A stretch of 64,000 bases of DNA from Gemmatimonadota bacterium. GTDB lineage: Bacteria > Gemmatimonadota > Gemmatimonadetes > Longimicrobiales > Gaopeijiaceae. The position numbers and the translations under genes were made by a program. Every line of letters begins with the position of its first letter. The stretch's first letter is position 1. The notes under the pieces are model-generated. The model worked only from the letters and a program-made list of their open reading frames with translations, made no database searches and was not told the origin of the DNA. Below are positions 19,251-28,922 of this stretch, one piece after another. The DNA is taken from the NCBI GenBank assembly GCA_034521595.1, contig JAXHMG010000003.1:352001-416000 (forward strand), read 5' to 3'.

Positions 19251-20624
19251 ATGACGAAGCACCTCGGCACGGGAACGCTCGAGCGGGATCCGGAGCCACC
19301 CATCGACGAAGCAACACGGACCAAAAACGTGTTCGTGGTCGGGTACGATGCCTATCAGGCGGAGTTGCTCGGTCACCTGGCCAACCGCGACGGCTACGCG
19401 GTCCATCCGCTTCTCGACACGGACGAGCTCCGCGGCGTCGATCAACTCCCGTTCGAGCGGCTTCTTCACGCTGCGGAAGGTCGGCTCGAGCGCTTTCCGG
19501 GACCGATCGACGCGATCGTCACGTTCCTCGACTTTCCCGCCATCGAGATCATGGCGATCCTGGCCGAGCGGCACGGTGCACGAGCGCCGTCGCTCCGGGC
19601 GACGCTCAAGTGCAACCACAAGTATTGGAGTCGGCTCCTGCAGCGTCGAGTCGTCCCCGACCACGTCCCGCCGTTCGCGACGTTCGATCCCTGGGACGAC
19701 GACGCGCTCGAGAATCTGGGGCTCGACTTTCCCTTCTGGATCAAGCCGTTCAACGCGTTCAGGTCCCTCCTGGGCTTCCGCGTGAACGGTCCGTCCGACT
19801 TCGCACGGGCGTTGCCGCTCATCCGGGACGAGCTTCCGCGCATCGCCGCTCCCTTCGGCCAGGTGATGGAGCGGCTCGGCGACGTGCCGGAGCTGCGCGG
19901 GGTGTCGCCGGATCACTGTCTCGCCGAGGGCATCATCGGCGGGCGGCAGTGCACCCTCGAGGGCTACGTTTTCGAAGGCGACGTCGGGGTCTACGGGGTG
20001 GTCGACTCCATCCGGGAGGCGAACCGCTCCTCGTTCTCGCGCTACCAATATCCGTCGGCGCTGCCGCGTCATGTGCAGGATCGCATGACGGAGGTGGTCG
20101 AGCGCGTGATGCCCGAGCTCGAATTCAAGGATGGCTCGTTCAATGCCGAGTTCTTCTACGACGAGCAACGCGAGCGGGTTTGGCTCCTGGAGATCAATGC
20201 CCGGATCAGCCAGTCGCACTGCGAGCTCTTCGAGAGGGTGGATGGCGAGTCGAATCAGAAGGTCGCGCTGGACATCGCGCTCGGCCGGCGACCCGACCCG
20301 CCCTATCGGGAAGGGCGGTATGCGGTCGCCGGGAAGTTCTTCGTTCGCGTCTTCAGCGACGGGGTGGTCCGGCGCGTCCCCCGGGCGTCCGATCTCGACC
20401 GTCTCGAGAAGGAGGTGCCCGGCGTGACCTGGCAGTTGCAGGTGGAGGAAGGAATGCTCCTCTCCGAGCTGCACGATCAGGACAGCTATTCCTTCGAGCT
20501 CGCGTGGCTGTGGATCGGGGCCGACAGCCAACACGAGCTTCTGGAGCGGTATCGACGAGCGGTGTCGTTGTTGGGCTTCGAGCTGGAACGGCCTGACGGC
20601 ACCGTCCAACGTGTGGAACCTTGA
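19251..20624 (+). CDS. ATP-grasp domain protein
   Basis: FPFWIKP, AEGII, FNAEFF, LLEINARIS. Strong AGGAGGA RBS. Confidence 0.9.
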   Translation: MTKHLGTGTLERDPEPPIDEATRTKNVFVVGYDAYQAELLGHLANRDGYAVHPLLDTDELRGVDQLPFERLLHAAEGRLERFPGPIDAIVTFLDFPAIEIMAILAERHGARAPSLRATLKCNHKYWSRLLQRRVVPDHVPPFATFDPWDDDALENLGLDFPFWIKPFNAFRSLLGFRVNGPSDFARALPLIRDELPRIAAPFGQVMERLGDVPELRGVSPDHCLAEGIIGGRQCTLEGYVFEGDVGVYGVVDSIREANRSSFSRYQYPSALPRHVQDRMTEVVERVMPELEFKDGSFNAEFFYDEQRERVWLLEINARISQSHCELFERVDGESNQKVALDIALGRRPDPPYREGRYAVAGKFFVRVFSDGVVRRVPRASDLDRLEKEVPGVTWQLQVEEGMLLSELHDQDSYSFELAWLWIGADSQHELLERYRRAVSLLGFELERPDGTVQRVEP

Positions 20625-20641
20625 ACGGGAAGCGCAGCGCG

Positions 20642-22804
20642 ATGTCTTCACGGACCGTGGGATCCGGATCGAGAGCACGCACGGTGGAGCACACGTGGGT
20701 GAGGCTGCGGGACGGGTGTCGCCTCTCCGCGCGGCTCTGGATTCCGGAAGGCGCCAAGGAGCGTCCGGTCCCCGCCGTCGTCGAGTATATCCCCTATCGG
20801 AAGCGGGACCTGAAGCGTCCGCGGGACCATGCGATTCACGCCTACTTCGCCGAGCACGGCTACGCCAGCGTTCGGGTGGACATGCGCGGGAGCGGGGACT
20901 CGGAGGGGATCCTCGTCGACGAATATCTGCTGCGCGAGCAGGAGGACGGAGAGGACGTGTTGCGATGGATCGCGTCCCAACCGTGGTGCGACGGGTCGGT
21001 GGGTATGATCGGGATCTCGTGGGGCGGGTTCAACGGCCTGCAGCTCGCGCAGCGGCGCCCGCCCGAGCTCAAGGCGGTCATCGCCGTCTGCGCCACCGAC
21101 GACCGCTATGCGGACGATGTCCACTACAAGGGCGGGTGCCTGCTCTCGGACAATCTCTCGTGGGCTTCGACCATGTTCGCCTTCAACTCGCTCCCGCCCG
21201 ACCCGGAAGTCGTGGGAGAGCGTTGGCGCGAGATGTGGTTCGATCGTCTGGAGCGGAGTGGGCTGTGGGTCGAGACCTGGATGCGGCACCCCTGCCGTGA
21301 CGAATACTGGAAGCATGGCTCGGTCTGCGAGGATTACGCCGCGATCGAGGTACCGGTCATGATGGTGAGCGGGTGGGCCGACGGATACTCCAATCCCGTC
21401 TTCCGGCTGATGGCCAACCTGAGCGTGCCCCGGTTGGGCATCATCGGCCCGTGGAGCCACGTCTACCCTCACATGGGTAGCCCCGGCCCCCGGATCGGCT
21501 TCTTGCAGGAGGCCTTGCGCTGGTGGGACCAGTGGCTGAAAGGGGAGGAGACGGGCATCATGCAGGAGCCGATGCTCCGGCTGTGGATGCAGGACCACAT
21601 GCGGCCGCGTCCGGAATACGAGCACCGTTCGGGCCGTTGGGTCGGAGAGGACGCGTGGCCTTCACCGAACGTGCGGATCCGTGCCTTCCGTCTCGAGCCG
21701 CAGCGACTCGTGGCGGACCCGGACGCCTCGGGCGGACCGGCCCCCGTGCCCCGTGCGGGAGCCTCACCGCTGAAAGATCTCGAGCTGCCCCCCAGGTCTT
21801 CCCGAGCGGGCGATCCGGACGAGCGCGAGCTCGTCTCCGTGCAGTCCCCTCTGAATGTGGGGCTGTTCGCAGGCAAATGGTGCTCGTACGCCGCGGGGCC
21901 CGATCTCCCGTACGATCAGCGGCTCGAGGACGGCGGGTCGCTCGTCTTCGACACGGAGCCCCTGGAAGAACCGCTCGAGATCCTCGGGGCCCCCATCGTC
22001 GAGTTCGAGTTGGCGACGAACCGTCCCGCGGGGATGATCGCCGTCCGCTTGTCCGACATCGCGCCCGACGACAAGGCGACCCGGGTGACCTACGGCCTTT
22101 TGAAGCTGGCCCACCGCGAGAGTCATGAGACCCCGGAGCCGATGTTGCCCGGACGGGCCGAGGTCGTTCGGGTGGCGCTCGACGGAATCGCGCAACGCTT
22201 CCGGCCCGGGCACCGTATCCGTCTCGCGGTGTCCACGTCTTACTGGCCCTTGGCGTGGCCACCGCCGGAGCCGGTCACCCTCACGCTCCGCCCGTCGGGT
22301 TGCCGGCTTCTGCTCCCCGAGCGCGAAGCTCCGGCCGGCGAGCGCGTGGACGCCCCCGCGTTCGAGGAGCCGGAGGCCGCGAATCCTACTCCGATGACCG
22401 TCCTGGAGGCCCCGCATCACGACTGGCGCGTGATCCACGAGCTGGCCAACGAGCGCTCCACCCTGCACGTGCTCGCCCGGGAAGGGACGTGGCGACTCGA
22501 CGAGATCGATCTCGAGGTGCGGAAGGAAACCGAGGAATGGTACCGCTTCCAGGGAGACCGGTTCACTTCGGTCAGCGGCGAGATTCGGACCCGACGGGGG
22601 CTCCGGCGAGAAGGTTGGTCGGTCGAGACCCTCACCCGCACCGTGCTCTCCTGCACCGAGGACGCCTTCCATATTCACGCCACGCTCGATGCGTATGAAG
22701 GAGGACGGCGCGTGTTCAGTCGGATCTGGGATCCGGAGATCCCCCGGGAGGATGCGCGGATGGTCGGACGTGACGACGGGTCCGCGGGTGACCTCTCGCG
22801 GTGA
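20642..22804 (+). CDS. CocE/NonD family hydrolase (peptidase S15)
   Basis: YIPYRK, VDMRGSGDSEG, nucleophile motif GISWGG, GWADGY, GPWSH, C-terminal PepX-like domain. Confidence 0.92.
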   Translation: MSSRTVGSGSRARTVEHTWVRLRDGCRLSARLWIPEGAKERPVPAVVEYIPYRKRDLKRPRDHAIHAYFAEHGYASVRVDMRGSGDSEGILVDEYLLREQEDGEDVLRWIASQPWCDGSVGMIGISWGGFNGLQLAQRRPPELKAVIAVCATDDRYADDVHYKGGCLLSDNLSWASTMFAFNSLPPDPEVVGERWREMWFDRLERSGLWVETWMRHPCRDEYWKHGSVCEDYAAIEVPVMMVSGWADGYSNPVFRLMANLSVPRLGIIGPWSHVYPHMGSPGPRIGFLQEALRWWDQWLKGEETGIMQEPMLRLWMQDHMRPRPEYEHRSGRWVGEDAWPSPNVRIRAFRLEPQRLVADPDASGGPAPVPRAGASPLKDLELPPRSSRAGDPDERELVSVQSPLNVGLFAGKWCSYAAGPDLPYDQRLEDGGSLVFDTEPLEEPLEILGAPIVEFELATNRPAGMIAVRLSDIAPDDKATRVTYGLLKLAHRESHETPEPMLPGRAEVVRVALDGIAQRFRPGHRIRLAVSTSYWPLAWPPPEPVTLTLRPSGCRLLLPEREAPAGERVDAPAFEEPEAANPTPMTVLEAPHHDWRVIHELANERSTLHVLAREGTWRLDEIDLEVRKETEEWYRFQGDRFTSVSGEIRTRRGLRREGWSVETLTRTVLSCTEDAFHIHATLDAYEGGRRVFSRIWDPEIPREDARMVGRDDGSAGDLSR

Positions 22805-22822
22805 AGCGTATGCGCGCGTCGC

Positions 22823-24049
22823 TCACCCCGTTGTGTTCGGCGACCAGCGGACGTGGCCCGCGTGGTCCTTTTCCGAGCGCCTCCGCCGAAGCTCGGTGGC
22901 CAGCTCGGGGGGGATGCGACCCGTCGTGAAGACCATCTCGTAGCGCTCTTCTGGGAGGACGTCTCGGCCCCGCTGGCTTTCGCGGTAGGCCACGGTCCGG
23001 GCAACCTCGAACTCGGTGGCGGGGTGGGGAATGGTATCCTCGCGATCGTGCACCCAGTGTCCGGGGTTCGCGCCCATCTCCGCGGCCAGCGTCGCCCAGT
23101 CCCGCGCTTCCTCGCTGTTCGGATCGGTCCGGGGGAACGTCACGGTGCCGACCGGATAGCGCTCCTCGGCCCATGTGTCGGTGAGCTTGTGGAGGGGGGT
23201 GCGGCGCTCGTCGAGGAACGGGATCCACGACATCTCGAACACGAGAGGGCCCGCCGCCTGCCGTCGCCGCCAGTCTTCGGTGAGGTACCGTTCCCCCGGC
23301 CGTAGCCCCGGGCCGGGTGGCGTCCGGTCGTCGGTTGGGGAGAACACGAGCTTGCCGGGCGTGCCGTCCACCTCGACGACGCCGGTCCAGTACGTCTGGT
23401 AGGCGGTGCTGGAGTGCAACGTGCGCTGAGTCTGCGAGAGGATGTGGCCCAGGGCTCCGAGTCCACGGCGCAGCCCGAGGCGCTGGACGAGCGAAGCGGC
23501 GAACCGGGTCTGGGTCGCGGCGAGGTCGATGAGGTCCCGTTCACCGAGCCCACCGAACGGAGCCTCCGTACCGGCCGAGTCGGCCGTGGCGGCCAGCAGG
23601 TCCATGAAGGCGGCATGGTCGTCCGTGGGCGCGGTGGGATCGTTGAGTCCCAGGAAATCGACGCGCTTCCCCGCTTCGGTGCGGAACGCCAGCATCAGGC
23701 CGAGGAAGTCGGGGTCGGTTTCGAGGTGGGGACACCCGAGCCCCGTCGACACCCGTCCGATGCCTACGTGCTCCGCACCGGGAAAGAACAGGCCGACTCC
23801 GTCCAGGGGAGGGGGCAACGTTTCGTGAACGCTCAAGTCGACCCGGCCACCGGCGACCTGGTATTGGTGGGCGACCCGGTCGGCGCTCGTCAGCTCGGGA
23901 TGTCGATCCCGCAGCCGCTCCTGGATCTCGGGGATGGCGGCGACCTCGCTACGGATGCGGTCGAGGTCCGCTTCATCGGGGCGGAAGGGCCGCCAAGTCG
24001 TCTCGGTCGCTCCGTCTGATCCGTCGTGCCGGAATGTGCCGTCGTCCAT
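22823..24049 (-). CDS. Catalase-related heme protein (small catalase-like / hydroperoxide-metabolising)
   Basis: Distal His RVAH, GRVS, PDFLGLMLAF, DFLGLNDP and proximal RxxxY (ARTVAYRESQRGR). GGAGGG RBS before ATG 24049. Confidence 0.7.
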   Translation of the reverse strand: MDDGTFRHDGSDGATETTWRPFRPDEADLDRIRSEVAAIPEIQERLRDRHPELTSADRVAHQYQVAGGRVDLSVHETLPPPLDGVGLFFPGAEHVGIGRVSTGLGCPHLETDPDFLGLMLAFRTEAGKRVDFLGLNDPTAPTDDHAAFMDLLAATADSAGTEAPFGGLGERDLIDLAATQTRFAASLVQRLGLRRGLGALGHILSQTQRTLHSSTAYQTYWTGVVEVDGTPGKLVFSPTDDRTPPGPGLRPGERYLTEDWRRRQAAGPLVFEMSWIPFLDERRTPLHKLTDTWAEERYPVGTVTFPRTDPNSEEARDWATLAAEMGANPGHWVHDREDTIPHPATEFEVARTVAYRESQRGRDVLPEERYEMVFTTGRIPPELATELRRRRSEKDHAGHVRWSPNTTG

Positions 24050-24095
24050 GTCTTCCCTCCAGCGTGGTCGGGGAGGTCGGGGGGCTTCCGCCTCA

Positions 24096-25688
24096 TTACG
24101 GTTCCGGGCGCGTCGTGTCAATGTCGGAATCGGCTGCGGGCGGAGGGGGGTGGTCGTCTCGCAGCGCCCCGATCCCCCGTGCCCAGATCCGTGAGAACTC
24201 GTCGTGCATCTCGCGCTTGAGCCGCCATCCCACGAACCAGGCCAGGAAGCTGAGCAGGCCGAGAACGGCGAGCCACTCGGGCGACACCGTCAGCAGCGTC
24301 TCCACGGGGGCGGCGGTGATCGCCCGGAGCGAGCGCCAGAAGCCCAGAAGGTCCCATCGTCCGAGCTCCTCGACCCCGACGAGCAGCAGGAACAACCCCG
24401 CCGAGGCGGTCAGGAACGCGTAGTGGGCGGCCCGTCGAAGCCAGACTTTACGCCTCACGCGCGCCAGGGGGCTGGGCGATTCCTGGTCGGGGATGGCATC
24501 CAAGGCGTCGCCCACGATCGTGGAGATCAGCTCCGATCGCTCGCCTCCCTCGTCGGCGGTGAAAACCGCTTGGTATTGCCGCGGCAGGTTGCCGGGCGCG
24601 TACCCTTGCGTCGCGTGCGTGATGCGGTCGAATACGCTCGCGTGGATCCGGATGGGTACGCAGTGCAGTGCGCAGAGGGCACCGATGTCCCGGGGGCGGT
24701 ACCGGTAGTAGGCTCCCGGACCCGACCGAGAGTCGTAAAGCTTGTCGTGAACGTTCTGAGCGAACCGGTAGTCGTTCCTCCGGCTCGCTAGGAAATGCAG
24801 ACCCGCGGCCTCCGCCTCCGTCATCATCCAGTCGAGGCTCACGAGTGAGAGACCTTGTTTCGGATATCCACCACCCACGTTGGAGTGCACTCCCGCGAAC
24901 CAGACCTGGACGATCCGCGTGTCGTCTTCCTCCCCCTCTTGGTCCCAAAGCACCGGGTGAAAGGTGTGTCGCTCGTCGTCGATGGCGAGCGCCTGGCAGC
25001 CCTTCTTCACCCGCGGCGAGAGCTTCCGGTTCGGGAAGCGGAAGCGGCGGATCCGGTCCAACACCTCGGCCGCCTCGTCGAACGGAAGGCCCAGCGCGTC
25101 GACCGTGTCCCAGACTCCGATGAACTCGATGCTCACCCCGTCGAACACGTCGTCACGGGTCTTCAGCGGCCGGCCCACCGTGCTCATGTCCTCCGGCTTC
25201 CGGTAACGGCGGTAGCGGCGCCGGTATTCCCGGTACGCTTCGTCGACACGACGGTCGAGCTCGCGCCCGGAGGGCATCCGCATCCCGTCGACGATGCCGC
25301 AGGTGACCACCAAGCCGGCCAGCGTGCGCACCGTGAACGCCCCTCGGCTGAACCCGAAGAGGTAGATCCGGTCTCCCGGGCGGTAGCTGCGGCAGAGCTG
25401 CTTGTAGAGCTCCTTCACGTTCCGCGTGAGTCCCAAGCCGAACGCGCCGCCGAGGATCTTGAGCGGCTTCAGGGACTCGGTACCGACCCCGTCGTCGTAG
25501 AACGCGATCTGCGGCGGGAGCGGATCGCCGTCGTCATCTTCGGGTCGATGTCCGTGCCGGTCGACGGCCTCGTACAGCTTGAAGACGTTGGTGCCCCGTC
25601 CCTTGCCGCCGATGTTGCCCGTGCCGTCGGAGCAGATGACGATGTTCTTGGGAGTGGACGTCGGCGGGGAGGCAGTGGAATGGTCCAC
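24096..25688 (-). CDS. DUF2235 alpha/beta-hydrolase (Tle1-like phospholipase) with C-terminal TM helices
   Basis: KNIVICSDGTGN, YDDGVG, GFSRGA, GVWDTV, ALAIDDER, WFAGVHSNVGGG. Confidence 0.92.
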   Translation of the reverse strand: MDHSTASPPTSTPKNIVICSDGTGNIGGKGRGTNVFKLYEAVDRHGHRPEDDDGDPLPPQIAFYDDGVGTESLKPLKILGGAFGLGLTRNVKELYKQLCRSYRPGDRIYLFGFSRGAFTVRTLAGLVVTCGIVDGMRMPSGRELDRRVDEAYREYRRRYRRYRKPEDMSTVGRPLKTRDDVFDGVSIEFIGVWDTVDALGLPFDEAAEVLDRIRRFRFPNRKLSPRVKKGCQALAIDDERHTFHPVLWDQEGEEDDTRIVQVWFAGVHSNVGGGYPKQGLSLVSLDWMMTEAEAAGLHFLASRRNDYRFAQNVHDKLYDSRSGPGAYYRYRPRDIGALCALHCVPIRIHASVFDRITHATQGYAPGNLPRQYQAVFTADEGGERSELISTIVGDALDAIPDQESPSPLARVRRKVWLRRAAHYAFLTASAGLFLLLVGVEELGRWDLLGFWRSLRAITAAPVETLLTVSPEWLAVLGLLSFLAWFVGWRLKREMHDEFSRIWARGIGALRDDHPPPPAADSDIDTTRPEP

Positions 25689-25701
25689 GGAGGTCGGCGG
25701 C

Positions 25702-27294
25702 TCAGAGGGTCTTCAGGTATTCGACGAGGGCGGTCTTCTCGTCCGTGCCCAGCCCCACGCCGTAGGTGTGGCCGCCGTTCCCGTTTCCTCGGACCGAGGT
25801 GTCGTAGCGCCACCCTTCGTGATCCGGCATGCAACCCCGCTGGAGTCCGGTATCCGGCGGAGCATCGCTCCCCGGGCTGCCCGCGTCCTCGTCACACCGC
25901 TGTGTGATGAAGCCCAGATATCCGGAATCGAGCACGTCGTAGCCCCGGTAGAAGGTGTCGGGCCGTTCGTCGGGCGGCTCGAGCAGCGCGCGTACCGTGG
26001 GCACGGAGCCGTTGTGCAGGTATGGGCCGCGGAGCCAGAGCCCACTGAGGTGGGGGGCGACGTATCCCTCCGGGTCCGGCTTCAGCATGGGGGTCCGCTC
26101 GACGCCGGCCTCGTTGCGCACGGCCCGGTTCGCGCGCTCGGCCGCTTCCTCGGTCCATGCCCACGACCGCTCGGGGTCGGTGCCGATTTCTTCCAGAGGG
26201 ATGACCGTGCCGAGCCGGTTGTCCCGGTTCGGGGCGTGGCAGCTCGCACAGACGGTCTCGAACACGGTCGCGCCTTCGGACGCGAGGGCCGTGTCCACGG
26301 GAAGAGGGTAGTCGGGGGGCTGGGTCGTCATCACCCAGTCTTCGAGCTCCTGCATCCGTCGACGGAAGAAGCGGGAGTCTTCGGCTTCCACCCCGAGGGC
26401 GGAGTCGATGATGAACGAGCGAAGGGACGTCGTCGCGCCGTCGGTGTTGAAGAGCATCAGGCGGGACGGGTCGATGTCCACCTCCGAGAGGTCGGCGGTG
26501 AGCGACATGTCGTCCTCGGGCCACATGCGACCTTCCTGCACGCGCGCCTGCATGTTCCAGATGGCCGGGAAATCGTTGTGGTCGACGCTCTCGTCGACCT
26601 CCATCCCGAGGAAGTTGAACTTGGCCAGGTTCACGGCCGGATCCCGTCCAGGGCCCCAGTCCGGACGATCGTGGGTCCAGGACAACGCCTCGCCCTGCTC
26701 TTGCAGCCGTTTCCGGGTGAGCGGGATGTAGACGAACCTGTAGAGGAGGCGGTCCGTCCAGCTCAGCGGATACGCCATGTCGATCTCGGTCAGGATCGTC
26801 TCGGCGTTGAAGCGCGGGTCGTTCGCCGCTTCGGAAAAGAAGCGCAAGAGCCCCTGGATGTCCGATGTGTGGCTTGGGCCGCCCGGGACCACGGTGGCCG
26901 TCTCGTCCCGCTGTGTCCGGTACTCGGCGGTATGGCAGAGGGCGCAGTTGAAGCCCACGCGTTCGAAGCCCACCGTCTTCTTGGAGAAGCCGGCCGGGAG
27001 CTCCCTCCCCTCCTCCCACGGAAGGCCCAACGAGGCGTAACCGCCGGGGCCTGGGAGGAGGTCGTCGAAGATCCTGGGCAAGACGACCACGATCCAGTAC
27101 GGGATCCCGGCCTGACCCTCCGCCCCGACGGACCCGTAGAGGAAGTTCTGTTCGGGGTTCTCCGTGATCCACGCGGGCTGCGGCACCTGGCGGAAGAACT
27201 TGTACCAGACGAACCCGCCCACGGGAACGGCCAGGATGAGCCCGATCAGGAGGAGCCGCTTGGCCCAGCGCTTGAGCTTCTCCTTGTTGTCCAT
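25702..27294 (-). CDS. Membrane-anchored di-heme cytochrome c, RoxA/bCcP-like
   Basis: N-terminal TM, CALCH and CASCH, GLWLRGPYLHNGSVPT, GNGNGGH, ALVEYLKTL. Confidence 0.88.
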   Translation of the reverse strand: MDNKEKLKRWAKRLLLIGLILAVPVGGFVWYKFFRQVPQPAWITENPEQNFLYGSVGAEGQAGIPYWIVVVLPRIFDDLLPGPGGYASLGLPWEEGRELPAGFSKKTVGFERVGFNCALCHTAEYRTQRDETATVVPGGPSHTSDIQGLLRFFSEAANDPRFNAETILTEIDMAYPLSWTDRLLYRFVYIPLTRKRLQEQGEALSWTHDRPDWGPGRDPAVNLAKFNFLGMEVDESVDHNDFPAIWNMQARVQEGRMWPEDDMSLTADLSEVDIDPSRLMLFNTDGATTSLRSFIIDSALGVEAEDSRFFRRRMQELEDWVMTTQPPDYPLPVDTALASEGATVFETVCASCHAPNRDNRLGTVIPLEEIGTDPERSWAWTEEAAERANRAVRNEAGVERTPMLKPDPEGYVAPHLSGLWLRGPYLHNGSVPTVRALLEPPDERPDTFYRGYDVLDSGYLGFITQRCDEDAGSPGSDAPPDTGLQRGCMPDHEGWRYDTSVRGNGNGGHTYGVGLGTDEKTALVEYLKTL

Positions 27295-27307
27295 GCTCGG
27301 TCCGTGG

Positions 27308-28915
27308 TCAGAAGGTCTTGAGGTACTCGATGAGCGCCTGCTTGGCGGCCGGGTCGAGGTCCGTGCCGTAGAGGTGGCCTCCGTTCCCGTTCCCGGGTTC
27401 GCTGGTGTCCAGGAGCCAGCCGTCCTCCCGAGCCTCGGCGCTCCGGGTCACGAACCCGACCCGGTCGAAATCGTAGACCGTGTACCCGAGCCACAGTGAG
27501 TCGGGACGCTCCTCCGGGGGCTCCAGGAGGTCGGTCAGCGTTGGCACGGATCCGTTGTGGAGGTACGGGGCCCGCAGCCACAGCCCGTCCAGCGGCATGT
27601 TGGCGTAGCCGTACGTCTTCCGGAAATGGCTGAAGCGTGCGGGATAGCAGGCCTCCCGGTCCGACGGGTCCTCGCGACACGCCTCCTCGTCCTCGGGGAA
27701 TCCCGCGTACAGCGTGTTTTGCGCCGCCGCGAGCTCCGGCGTGTACGAATCGAGGCGCGCCCGGTCCGTTCCGATCTCCTCGATGGGCGTGACGGTGCCG
27801 ACGCGTCCACCGTCCCCTTCCGTCCGGAAGGGCGGAGTCCGGTTTCCGTGGCAGGACCAGCACTCGGCTTCGTACACGGCCTGCCCCTCTTCGGCCAGCT
27901 CCGGGTCGATGCGGTCCGCGGGGAAGCCCGGTGGCTCGGCTTCGTCCCATAGCCAGTCGGCAATCCGGAGCACCTTCTCCTTGTCCAGGGTCGTGGGCGT
28001 CGCGCCCGTCCCGAAAGCCGCGCTCAGGTTGCGCTCGTCGACGCTGGTGTTGTTGCCGTCCCAATGGAGCTGCATGCCTTCCTTCCATCGCTGATTCCAG
28101 ACCGAGGGGAGGTCCGCGATGCCCACCTTCTCCCGGTCGGGTGCGTTCTCCATGGGGAAGCCGAGAAGCGCCTTGGGTGGGTTGAAGGTGTCCACCCGCC
28201 CCGGCCCCCAGCTCCGCACGTCCACGAACCGGAGCCGGGAGGTGAGGGTCAGGATCTGGTCACGCAGCAGGCTGATCCCCGCATAGCGGAAGATGAGCCG
28301 GTCCACGGTGTTGAGCGGGTCGGGCTGGTAGCGGTCGGGCTCGGGGCGCGCTTCCTGGAGCGATTCCATCTCCTCGATGGTGGGAAACATCCGGCTCGAC
28401 CGGAACTTCCAGTTCGAGGCCGCGCGGAAGAGGAAGTCGCCGAGGGCGCCGAGATCGAAGGTGTTGGCCGGCATGCCGGTGATGATCCGGGCCGGAGCGT
28501 CCGGTGACTCGCGAACCGCGCCGGTGTGGCACACGGAACACGTGAAATAGACCCGGTCGATGCCTTGCACACGGCGCATCGACATTCCGATGGGGAGGTC
28601 GATGCGCGGATCCCGCCCCTCCTCGTAGAGCATGCCGAAAGCGGTGTAGCCCGGGCCCGGGTCGTCCCCGGGCAGGTACTCCGGAAAGAGCTCGGGCAGC
28701 GTCACCCAGATCCAGTACGGGATCCCGAAGCCGAGCTGCTTCCGCCAGCCCCGCTCACCGCCGGTGGACCCGTACTTGAAGTGATCCTCCTCACTGTCCC
28801 AGGTCACGGGCTCGTCATCGGACAGCCGGACGGCGCCGTAGACGCCTCCTCCCACCAGCGTGAGCACGGTGAGGGCGCCGACCCATGCCAGGGCCGCACG
28901 GAGCTTGGTCTTCAT
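27308..28915 (-). CDS. Membrane-anchored di-heme cytochrome c, RoxA/bCcP-like (paralog)
   Basis: N-terminal TM, CSVCH and CWSCH, GLWLRAPYLHNGSVPT, GNGNGGH, ALIEYLKTF. Confidence 0.88.
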   Translation of the reverse strand: MKTKLRAALAWVGALTVLTLVGGGVYGAVRLSDDEPVTWDSEEDHFKYGSTGGERGWRKQLGFGIPYWIWVTLPELFPEYLPGDDPGPGYTAFGMLYEEGRDPRIDLPIGMSMRRVQGIDRVYFTCSVCHTGAVRESPDAPARIITGMPANTFDLGALGDFLFRAASNWKFRSSRMFPTIEEMESLQEARPEPDRYQPDPLNTVDRLIFRYAGISLLRDQILTLTSRLRFVDVRSWGPGRVDTFNPPKALLGFPMENAPDREKVGIADLPSVWNQRWKEGMQLHWDGNNTSVDERNLSAAFGTGATPTTLDKEKVLRIADWLWDEAEPPGFPADRIDPELAEEGQAVYEAECWSCHGNRTPPFRTEGDGGRVGTVTPIEEIGTDRARLDSYTPELAAAQNTLYAGFPEDEEACREDPSDREACYPARFSHFRKTYGYANMPLDGLWLRAPYLHNGSVPTLTDLLEPPEERPDSLWLGYTVYDFDRVGFVTRSAEAREDGWLLDTSEPGNGNGGHLYGTDLDPAAKQALIEYLKTF

Positions 28916-28922
28916 GCTAGGC

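Noticed and set aside
24096-25688. T6SS effector-immunity locus
   Set aside because: No vgrG, hcp, PAAR, adaptor or immunity gene; the gene sits within a heme-enzyme operon.
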